From NCBI GenBank assembly GCA_051294375.1, contig CM119263.1:24656688-24720687 (forward strand): a stretch of DNA of 64,000 bases, given 5' to 3'. The translations under genes and the position numbers were made by a program. This DNA comes from Paraspadella gotoi. Its lineage: Eukaryota > Animalia > Chaetognatha. Positions 24,892 to 36,800 of this stretch are shown here, in pieces (within the stretch, counting starts at the first letter, position 1; every line of letters begins with the position of its first letter). Below the pieces are notes generated by a model, which was not told the DNA's origin, did no database searches, and saw only the letters and a list, made by a program, of their open reading frames with translations.

Positions 24892-27800
24892 CTACATTAA
24901 ATTTATTTTTGCCTCAATGTCGTCGTCCTCAATGGAGAGCAAGGTTGCGGAGTTCGGTAAAAAAAGTTTCGCTAACTCCCTTGTCTCTCCATCGCAAAGA
25001 ATAAAAACTTTTCCACCACAATGTTTCAATTGCTGGCGATGACTCAGAGATGCATTTGAATCGGTTGAATTTGGAACGCCCTGCTCAATATCGAAAAACG
25101 TCCTCAAGTGAATAAGAATGTGACACAGGCGAAGATCTGTACGTAAAAAAATAGCACAATTTAATTTCTGGCTCGACTTCTATAGTTAACATCGTTCATT
25201 AACATCATTATTACATACGACCGATATTACTCCATACCTTTAAGAAAACATTTCGAAATAAAAACGAGGACGACTTTGGAGGTCAAGTAAAGTAGCTCGA
25301 GATCGTCCAAGGTCAAGATTTCGGTGGGAAAGTCGAGGGGGACTATAAGACCCGAAGTAGAAGTAACTTCAACGACGCCAGCCGCCATCGACGATCGTCG
25401 GCATCTTAATTTAAAGTAATTTTCTATGGTAATATAAACTTTGTAAAGTTTATCTTGAATATATCGCTCACCGGTTCGACGCGTTACTGGTCATTAATCT
25501 TCGAATGGTTTTTGAGTCTTCCAATGCACATATTGCGAAAAATGGTCGGACGACGCTAACGTTGTCTATCGAACGTCGACTCTCGAAAATTTCCCGCCGT
25601 CGTCTACAATCTTCAAAGACTAAATGACACAAGAATTATAACATTAAGAAGTCAGAATAAATCTGTTCAGTGCCCAAGTCATATACATGTATAATTGTAT
25701 ATGCTCATATTACTCATATATACCATCTTTCGGAGGGTGAATCCATTTAAGTGACACGACTTCACACTCGGCGCACATGATGGTGTCCAGCAGTTTGGGA
25801 CAAGGAATGCCCAAAGAATCCCCGTTTCCGTGATTAAGATTAGCGCTCAAAGGGGTGCGGGGGCATGCAAGCACCGTTTTGAAAGGACAACCTATAATTT
25901 TTTTTTAAAAATAAGTACAGCTTGACTTTTAAAATATTAATGGTAAAACTTAATTTTAAAAATTATTTCGTAATAATTTAAAATGTGAGTTAATGGAGAA
26001 ACTGATGAGTTATGTATCCTAAAAGTTTTTCGTTTTGGAAACTTCTAGATTCTCGAGGATTAAGACATGCTTACATGGAAATATCATATATTGTACAGTA
26101 TGTACAGTATGCTTACCAGGAAGCTTAAGTTTAAGAGCAGCTGTTATTTCCTGGGCAAGCCTCATGGTGACCCGCCACATTTGACGATGATCCAAACCAC
26201 GAACGACCAATACGATCTTCTCTTTCACCAATTCCCTGGGAATTCGGTTTTCGGAATTCGATTAAATTGAATTTAAACTATTCGGAGTCATTGTGTGTTG
26301 TATTCCTTTCTAGTCCGTTGCATTTGCTTCAGAATAATGAAAAGAATTTTGTTTATTTCGGCACCGGCAAAGTTTTATTCACAAATAATAGCAAATAATA
26401 AAAAATATCGGACAATTAAATTTTTTTTTTTGAGACATGGTTTGAAACAATAGGAGTGAGATACATTGCTCAAATTTATACTCTCTCTCTCCCTCCTTAC
26501 CAAGTTTCATTTCTTTTCACTCTAACTCACTATCTCTTCCTCACTGAACTTGTCCTCACATCTTATCACTATTACAATTACTATATTTTCCCAATTCTCT
26601 CTCTCCCTCTCCCGTTCAGTAGTACCTCGGATTTCATTCACTTTATTATTTTTTGTAAATAATAAATAAATAAAAAAATTGTTTTCGTTAATTCGTAGTA
26701 AATTTGAGGGACCTTTTCTCAACGAAGGATTCCGGTGGCGTGTTTCGATAAATCTCACTTAACGGGCCTTTTATAATTGGTTTCCGCTTTTTATCCAGAG
26801 GCTTTCCCGGTGTTAAATAAAAGCAAAGCTTTGCAGCGTCTTCCCACGAATCCATTGTTCCACGTCCCCCCCCCCTTATCTCTTGGGCGCCTTCTTCAGT
26901 TTTCTCATGACTCCAATCCCTCTATTCTCCACTCTTCCCCTCGCCCCTTCAATGGGAATTTTATTTACGAGGCATTTTCTCGCCGCGCTTGCCGAGGCGT
27001 CGCTTTGGCGAGGCACCGAGGTGGGACCGTCCTGTCTCGAATTATTACGAGACGCCACTCGATTTATGCGACGGCAAATGCGAGGCGCTTTAGGCGCTTT
27101 AGTCTTAGCATCATACTTTTTTTCCTTTTAGTTTTCCATCCACTTTGTCATTCCTTACAATTAGATATGCATTAGTGACTGACTTTTGATACTATTAGTA
27201 TTACGAAATTATAATATATTATACCTATTCTGTCGCCTTTGAATGCTATTCGTCGGAGATTTAGACGTCGAACGCCCATGTTGACCTTCGGTTGCGACGT
27301 TTTGACCGGAAGCGTCGAGGGGAAAAGGCGGAGGAGAGGACGAGTTGGGATCTCCGGAGGCGGCCAATGAACCGGAAGTGGAGCTCTGCCAGGGCGGGTC
27401 ATGGGTTCGGGTGAGGGGGATACGAGAAAGGCCGTGCGAATAAAAACGTCCCTTTGCCGTTTTTTGGCTTTTTGTCGTAAGTGTGCTTAAATGGAAGGTA
27501 AAAAACCTTTCCTTGCCCATTTTGCTCGTCGGAAAGGGCAAAGGGCAACGCTATTTTCTCTTCCGGTTTCTCTACGAAGTGTTTTTCCTCAAAGACTTTC
27601 CCTTCTTTAGTGTTGTACGATAAAGAAAACGATTTGTTAGCGAGTGGGCTAGTTTTTTTAAAACAGTTTCTCGAAGAGTTCCCCACAAAGCCCCACAAAT
27701 CCTTGCATCACGTAAAAATCGAGAGTGCAGAGGCGTAACATCTTGTACATTCTCGTTTTTTCTACAGTAAGATAATTTTCAAATGCCACAAATGAATTGA

Positions 27801-30800
27801 TCTTTGAAAAGTATACTTAGGGAAAAAAGTACCATATGAAAAATGGGTAAAAACTTTTAAAATCATACTTGAAATTATTTTAGGTGTGACCTAATAATGA
27901 GTATGCAATTTTAAAATTCAAGTAGTCGAATTAATCAACATGGGAATATATTTTGGACTTAAGCTAATGTGTCACTTTATACAATTAAAAAAATAAAAAT
28001 GTGCTCAACTGAAAGTGGAGATAGCAAGATAGCCTTTTCAGCATAATTTTTATATAAGCTATTAAAAAATAAAAATTGACTTTTTGGATGTTATCTTTTT
28101 ATATTTTTAAAAACTTAAATTAATTTTAAAATTATAATTTTAAAATTAAAATTATACCCCCCTGATAAATCTCCGCAGTAGGTGTAGATGGTCTGACATC
28201 TTTTCAGACTATTTCTCTATAGTTTCTGGGGTTCGTCAGGGTGGTATTTTAAGTCCCTATCTGTGGGCAGTTTATGTTGATGACTTGATAACTCAATTAC
28301 GCAAATCTGGTTTTGGTTGCCATATAGATCATTTATTTGTTGCTAGCATTTTTTACGCTAACGATATAGCTTTATCTCCAACAATTTCTGGTATGAAAAA
28401 AATGATTGATATATGTGCTAACTATAGTAGTAGCTTTTAGTTTTTAGCTTTTAGTTTTAATTTTAAGAAAACAAAAACAATGTATTTTGGCAAACAAAAG
28501 TATTGTATCAACAAAGATTCTTTACTAATTAAAGGAAATATCATTGAATTCGTAGACCGATGGAAATATCTCGGTTTTAATCTTAGTAATGAAAAAGCAC
28601 TTGTCTTTGACCCATTATCCGAGTTATCCTCTTTCTCGCAATTGTCTCCTTAATTCCTTGTATAAACCCTCAGAAGAAGTTTTAATGTGTTTGTACTACA
28701 CCAATTGTGTCACAATACTTACGTACGGAAGTGAAGTGAAAGAGTATCTTGCAAAAGATATGACCAAAGTAAATGTAGCAATAAATGATGGCATTAAAAA
28801 AAATTTTGGTTGGAATAGATGGGAGAGTGTACGATCATTAAGGTCCTCATTTGGATATAATGATATCTACAAGCTTTTTTCCTCTAGAAACAATATTCTA
28901 AATATTTTGTCAGCTTATTGTTGAATTGTTTTCCTTTTTCTTTTTTTTTATTTTCTCGTTCTGTTAATTTAAATATTTATGAAATTGGTACAACCAATAT
29001 AAAAATTATCCATTCATTTAATAAATAAGCTATCTTGCCCCTGACTTTGGACAGGCTTTGGTGGTTTAAGGCCTCCATCACTCTTACAAGATAATGACAT
29101 AGCAGGTCCCTGCAAGCTTTCAATCAAGACTATATATATATATATATATTATATTTTGTTGAATTGTAAACTGTACAATTTATCTGTAATGCTGTATGCC
29201 CTTTTGAATGTACTGTTTCAACTAATTGTTGTAAACGAATAAAACACATATATAAAACCAAAGCTAACGCTGATGAAGGCTTGAAATGAAGCCGAAACAT
29301 GTCTGTTTTTGAATTAAATAAAATCGTTGTCAAAACTAAACTCAAACTGTCTCTAAAACCAAAGCTGAAGATGCCACTGAATAAGTTTTATCGCATTTCA
29401 ATAATAAAAAGATATATTTTCTTATTAAACAAATCAGTTATTTCTTAAATAATTTTTTTTGTTTATTTAAATCTAATTTATTATAATAATTTTAGGTTTA
29501 GTTTTTATGAGCATTTTTGGACTATCTCTGTAGTTATTTTTATCGTCGCAATCGCTAAGCGTTTGCGACGATATTGTAACACTTTTGCGCATAAGTGGCG
29601 TCGTCGGCGTTCCAAATTATAGATCGCCTTTTTTATGATTAAATTTGAGTTTATGAAGCTGAAAATTTATATACAGCTTCTCAGCATCGATGTGCTTAAA
29701 ATTGAGTCTGGACAGTTATTAAATATGTTTCTCCTGCTGCTTTTGCTGCTGCTTTTTGAGTCTGCAGCTGGCTCTGCAGGGGCTCTCTCTTTTTCTCTCT
29801 TTTCTCCTGCTGCTTCTGCTGCTGCCATTTGATTTCTTTCTTTTCTCTCTCTCTCTCTCTCTCTGTGTTTTTATTAAAAAAAAAATTTGAATTGGGATTG
29901 AACTCGTAAAATTAGGCATCGCATTCGTGCATGTTATCATTTTGCTATAGTAACATCGGGTTTTTGTTTCACTTTAGTCTTTAATTCACTTCGTCAGTCT
30001 GATTCAAGTTTCACTTTGTCTTTTGTCTGGGAATGCTGACAGTGTTTAGAGAGGAAGCATCCGATCAAACTGCTCGCTTATGCGTGCTTAAAGTAAAACA
30101 AAAGTACCTTCAATAATGTTACTCCAGTCTTAGCACTTGCTAAAAATTAAACTCGAAAATAAGTTATTTTACTGTTTTATATTTATTCTTTTGACAATGA
30201 AAAAAAAATTTTTTTTCAGAAACTGTAACTGTAAATTGACAATCGCAAAATAGAATTTTTCTTTCTGTTTATAAATTAATTTTATATTTTTCCCCTTTCT
30301 ATTCTTTCTTTCCTTTCTATTCTTTCTTTCCTTTCTATTCTTTCTTTCCTTTCTATTCTTTCTTTCCTTTCTATTCTTTCTTTCCTTTCTATTCTTTTTT
30401 TTCTATTCTTTCTTTCCTTTCTTTCCTTTCTATTCTTTATTTATTCTTTTCTTCTTTTTCTTTCTGTTTATAATTTTTTTTTTTTTTCAAATTTTATTTT
30501 TTTTATTATCAAAATTTGTCGTCAATCCAGATTTTTCTTATGCAATTGCGACGATCCTTATGCTTTTAAGATTTTTTTTTTAATTATGAATAAAATATAT
30601 ATTCAAAATTCAAAAATAAAAGCTTTGAATTCGGAAATTAAACCTGCCAAGTTGAACAACCGCGTTTCTTTATTAAAATACTCGCTTTTAATAGAAATTA
30701 AAAATATTTTGCAGAATGGTTCTAAAACAGTTTTTAACTACCATGATGAAAAAAAAATTGTCGCGGTTACTTTCCAGCTATTTTTCGGCATTTTAATATG

Positions 30801-33800
30801 AGAATCGAAAAATAAAATTTATATATCGAGAAACTTTGGCCTTTTGTGATTCATATGAGCTGTGTTTCATTTATGTACGACAAAAAATATGTTCTGTGCA
30901 AAAGAAAATGAGTTTTCCAAAAAAATGCTTCCTTCTTTTTTATCTTTTTTATATTTACACTTTTCATTTATATTAATTTCCGGTTCTTTTTTATTACTTT
31001 TTGAGATAAACCGTTACTATTAAAAATCCCTGCCTTTTCTCAGTCTAATGTAAAATAGTTATTGCATCATCTCCATTAGGATAGATTCAGGGATGAATCT
31101 TAATTCATATATACAAAAAAATGGCATTAAAATTAAATTAATGCTGTAGAAGCTCCAGAATATTCTTTTTATATTATAAAGTATTATTAAAAGTTATAAT
31201 TCTCTGGTTAACCTTTTTATGAGCAAAGTTATCATTTTTGGATGTATTGTCAGAACCTAATGTCAAACAAGACCAAAAAAAAAATCAAGATTTTGTTGAT
31301 ATAAAAGAATGCATCCTCAATGCATCAACTCAAGCCTGGTTTACTTTATAGGGGATCAATCTTTTTTACTACTTGCCAAGGACCATTTTTTGCCCTAAAT
31401 CTGATAAAAAATATTATGTCAAAAATATAATATTAACAATAATGCGAATAATCCTCTTGATCAAAAAGAGGTAAAAAGTATTGCACATTTTGAGCGAGAG
31501 TCAATTCTTTTGTGGCATTTGAAAAAAATCTTACTGTAGTTGTCCAAACCAATTTACTTGTGGAATGACAACGCTAGAAATTTGCTTCCGTTTGGCCTTC
31601 TCGAACGTTTTCCTCCCTCTCCTCGACAAATACGCAAGGTTGAATCTCTTCGGAGAAACGTCATCTGAACCTAAAAGAGAAAATTCTGACATCAGTTTTT
31701 TTAAGAACCTTCAACGTTAAACGTTTATTAAACTCAACTTACTTTTGATCGTCAAGTCGGAGGTGGATTGCGACTTTCGAAGGGGTGATGTCCCCACCGC
31801 TTCGTACTCAGCCTCGTTTTCCATATCCGACTTTGTCACATGATGCAAAAGTATCCTCACTAAACCCTTTACCCCACCCAAAAAAGTTTGAAACGAAGGT
31901 CTCAAAAAGAGCGAAAACTTCGAAATACCTTCTCAGCGGTGTTCCTGCCCAACCCTGCCAAGCCGCTCAAGCCGCCTGAGACCCGAGCAACGACACAATT
32001 GCTCCAGTCGCGTCGCCACGTGAAATCAACGTGCTTGTTTATAATAGCGGCAGCGATAGAAAAAAACTGTTCCAAGTCGGAAACTCCAAACCGAAATTCG
32101 ATCCGGAGTTGGCGGACAGATTGACCGCTGTGGCGAAAAATGTCGCGCCGCAAAGGGGAAGAATTCATCATCTCCGATCCATCTGTCGCCTTAGCGTTAA
32201 AGGAGGCATCGTGCAAAATGTCGGTTGGCCAAATTTGCCTCAGCTCAGTTGGCGTGACACTTCGGGGAAATAAAAGGAAATGAATGAGGCTCATGGTCGC
32301 GAATTCTGTCACGGAATGATTGTTCGTTAAGATGGAGTGAAAAAATAATTATTTTTGACGAAAAATAAATCATTAATTCTATAGATTATATAAAGTATAG
32401 TACAAAGTAAAACTTTTTATAACAATTATATTTAAAGTTTTTGATCTCGCTTAGTAGTAGGGTAGAAAATGCTCCTCACCTATGACCATTTTTTTACAAT
32501 AATCCTTTTTAAAAAAAATTACAGGAAATGCTGCCAACTTTTAAAAAAATGCTGCAAAACTGAAAAATTAGGGTATTTCTTTCATATTTTGAATGGCATT
32601 AATGATAGACCGAGGAAATCAGTTTTAATCTTTAGAGTGTCAAAAACTGTACATGTTAAACATCTTACTTGATGAAATAAGTGAATTTTTCATGATATGG
32701 AAACTTTTTAAAAATATATGTTTTGCATTTTTTTAATAAAAATTTTACAAAAGGGTATTTTTAGACTATTTTTTAAAAAGATAATTGGCTTTTTATTGAT
32801 GGAAGTAATTTCTTTTTATTCTAATTATGCGAGTCTTTTTCAGTGCAAAAGTGATGTTGCTCACAAAGAATTGAGGTATAGGACAGTGGTCAGAGCATTT
32901 TTTTTGAGGTCGCTTACCGTGCGTTCCAAGATCCAGGAGTAAAAAGATTCATAGTAATCTCGCTCTTTTCGACGTTTACATTGGGTGCTGCCACGAATGC
33001 AAGGTGAAGGCGCTGAAGGAGTCCCCCCACTGCGTAAGTTTGATCCGATTCCACCGAAAATTTTGACAACGCGGACCGAATTGACCCTTCATTGATAATG
33101 CCGGATTGAGGAAAGGTGGAACTTGAGACGTCGCTCTTGTAGAGAATAGGAAAATAAATTAATAGGGTGAATTTTTTTACTTAATGAAATGTTTTTTTTT
33201 ATTTGTTGTAATTATTAATTGACAAATTATTGACTTGAGGCCAAATTAAGCTGTAAATAAAATAATTTGTAAAATCATTATCGTCACCATTCACCACTTC
33301 TGAATTTTATTCATGTGTGAAATCTGTTGCCTCGTTTCTCTTTCATTCTCTCTCCCCTCGTTCAATTGACCTTTTGACCACTTTGACCGCATTGGGTCAT
33401 TTAGTATTTCCATAATTAGAGAGACTGTGAACAAGTTTTTAGTTTGCTTCAAAGACTCACAAAATATATGTCTGTCCCGATTGGAAACTCCGTTCTTACC
33501 GGTTTTTTAATGATAATTAATGAAAATTAAAGCCTTTAAAAATATTCATCGTCTTTTTCTTCAATCATGTGGAACTCATGTTAGACTCTTCTGAACGTGA
33601 GAATAAACAATTCTTCACATGAATAGAAATGACCAGAAAAAATATTAATAATTTAAGTTCTTAGTTAATGATTATGTAATGATTCTTTAATAAATACATT
33701 GATTTTATCTGATGCAAAGTTTCTCTTGTAGCATTTGCTATTTTGTTATAAGTTTATTTGTAAGTTTTTGTCATATTTTAATCTAAAATATAAGATAAAA

Positions 33801-36800
33801 AGAGAATCATAATAACGAAAGTAATAACAGGCTTTTATTTCTTTTTTTTTTTCCTTTGGCTTTGTTCCCCCTTGTTTTTTACTAAATTCAATTTTTCTTG
33901 TCGCATATATAATGATTATTGATTAGGCCTTACCCATCTTTGTTTTCATTTTTTTGCACCTTCTGTTCATCTAAAGCTTTTTCTTCGTTCTTCCTCAAAA
34001 AATAACCTTACTTTTCTTTTCTATTTTTACAACTCAAGATCTTTTGAAAGCTTTACAAGAAAAAGAAATCTGTTCGAGTCTTCGACCAAATTCGTGCCAA
34101 GAAAAAAGATGAGCGAATCTTGTCACAACTACAACAACGAAAAAAATTTGGATCGTCGTTGTTGGAGCCCTTTCGCTACTCATGCAATCACTTCTCCTCT
34201 GCCAAAAGATACTTGTTCAAGATGCGACAGCGACGACGGAAACGGCGATCCCGAAAAAACCAATGCCCTTGTTTCTACTTCTGTTTCTTCCTCTGTTTCC
34301 GTGTAAGTTTTCGCATTTATAATTTCCGAACGAGTGCAATAGCATCAACTGATTCAACACCTTCCTAATCCTAGCCATTGTTCGAGTTGGAATCCCCATT
34401 CCTCATCTGCTCTGAACAATTGCTCGGTCCACGCTGCAGCGATGCCCGAACTTTGTTCCTGCGAAACTCGCTATCCCTTGGATTATGACGTCTTCGGCAC
34501 GTCCGAACCAAACTCGGAAACTGAGTCGGGGGACTCGACAATTCCCGACAAATACCGGACGCGGCAGGAACCTTGCGCCCATCCAAACCGGGACGGCGCC
34601 TTTCCTTGTTTTCACGGTCTCAACAATCGCACGGAACTTCTTCCCAGTTGGTTCTGGGATTTGGCTTACAGCAACGGAAACAATTTCAAGCCAAAGCGAC
34701 ACGTGGTATGAGAAGATAGGATTTCCTAATCTATAAATTAGAAGATTCATTTTTTTTACCTTAGTTTTTGTATTCGCCAATAATGCAAGTTGCCTCTTCA
34801 TTTTTATTATATTGATTTCTGGTCTTTTTTCGTGCTACCATTGTTTGTATTTCCTAATTTTTTAGCATCCTCGTGATAGAGTTGTCGCTTGCGTGGATCA
34901 CAATCTGGCTAGTCGTTTGAAAAAAATCGACGATGATCCCGAGGTTTTTGTCTATTTTAATTTTAAGCTCCTTTGAGCTTGTGATCTTTTTTTATCTTAT
35001 GCGAATTACGATTCCTTTGTCAACAGGATAATGACAAGAAGATCGATCAGTTTTCGGCAGGTTTTTTAAATTTTTATTTTTTAACATAGGACATCTCATT
35101 CGATTGCATCGTTCGAACGATATTGATTTTTAGGCAACTGGTTGATCAATTCTTTAAAATATTTACGATTATATCCTTTTTCCAAGAAGTCTTCTACAAA
35201 TCAGGTTAAACTGTCATGAGATTTTTTATTTATAGATTTGAAAATGAACTAATCTGTTTTGGAAGTTAAAAATTTTACTTTTATTACTCGTAAACCATTA
35301 AATACAGCGCTATACCTTCTTTTGACGAAGTTATTTTTTAGAATACAATTTCTAAAATTTTAGTTGTTGGCATTTCATTGTTAATTATGAAAGAAAAGCA
35401 TGGTTAGTCTAAATAAACACTTTAAACTAATAACTTGGTGTTGAGATGGGGTGTGGGTGATGTCCGGGGCTTCACAACCTTTTTGCAGGGCCAGGGGCTT
35501 CGAAACCTTCGTTGTCGCCACCTCCCACCAGCGCGATTTAACCGACAAGTCATGCTTCTTTAAGAAACTATAAGAGAACCCAGGTCCCACTTTTGGTCAT
35601 CGCCGACGTTACTAACTTGTCATATGTTTGAGACGTTTTTAGGATACCGCCACAGATAATCTATTTTGATATTTTTTCTACAGACGGTCTACGATTTAAA
35701 AGAAGGTAATTAAATTAATTGCTAGTTTGGCTGATATTGCACTTTTTCGTTACACTGCGTACAGACTACAGTTAGCGTTTGTTCGGGCGAGATGTAGGAT
35801 CGCTTCTGCTTCTTATGACGTCGTCACGCTTTTTTACCATTGGAAATTGTAAAAGTATGTAACCATTGGAAGCTAAAAATTTAAATATAGTTTTTAATCA
35901 GCAAGATCTTTTAGATTCATGTTTCTTATTGTTAGTGTTACACGGATTTGATTTGTTTTGTTTGTTTTATTTATAAAACAATTTGGGTTACTTTTACTTT
36001 CGCTGACCGGGGTTAGGGAAGGGTTAGGGTTAAGGGTGGTTTAGGGTTAGGGGTAGTTAGGGTTAAGAGGGTTCAGGGTTAAGATAATTAAATAATATTT
36101 TTTAAAAATTATTTTTAAGTAGTTTTTCAAAAGCCGCCAAAACCGCGGTCAGCGAAAGACTCTCTTTCTTTTAATTATGTTGCTCTTTTTTTTTCAATCG
36201 CTGCCTCTTCTGATTTGTTTAAAAACGAGTTCAGCTCTGCATCGCTGTCCATTGCCTGTTCAAATTCTCTATATTTTTTTCCCTCTTCTCTCTTTCTCTT
36301 TCTCTCTTTTTCTCTCTCTCTTTCTCTCCTTTTCTTTCTCTCTCTCTCTTTCTTTTTCTCTTGCTCTCTCTCTTTCTTTCACTCATACACGCATGTTTTA
36401 TTTACGATGAATGACTATCATTGCGTCAATGAATAATTATTATCGCATAAATAAATGATTATCATCACATCAATCATTTGGTTATCATTTCATCAATATT
36501 TGGTTATCGTATCAATAATTGGTTATCATCGCATCAATAATCAATTATTATTAATCAATCAATTATTATTATTATATTATTAAATTACTATAACATCTTT
36601 ATTTTTTTTACGGATTTTTTTATTAATTTTCTTTGATAGTAACATCTGGTGAGATCATTACACTTTTAAGATTTTTATTCTTCAGAATGTCTCTCCGGCC
36701 GCGAAAAATTTATCCCTTCTTTGAACGAGGACGCAAAAAGTCGGCAGGTCAAATTCGATTATCTGGTTTCACGAAAAAAGAATAAGAATGTAGTGTCAAA

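Noticed and set aside
24701-24892. Frameshifted continuation of the Roco C-terminus
   Set aside because: The spliced frame stops at TAG 24894-24892; the downstream ORF is in another frame with no slippery site or homology, so likely 3' UTR.
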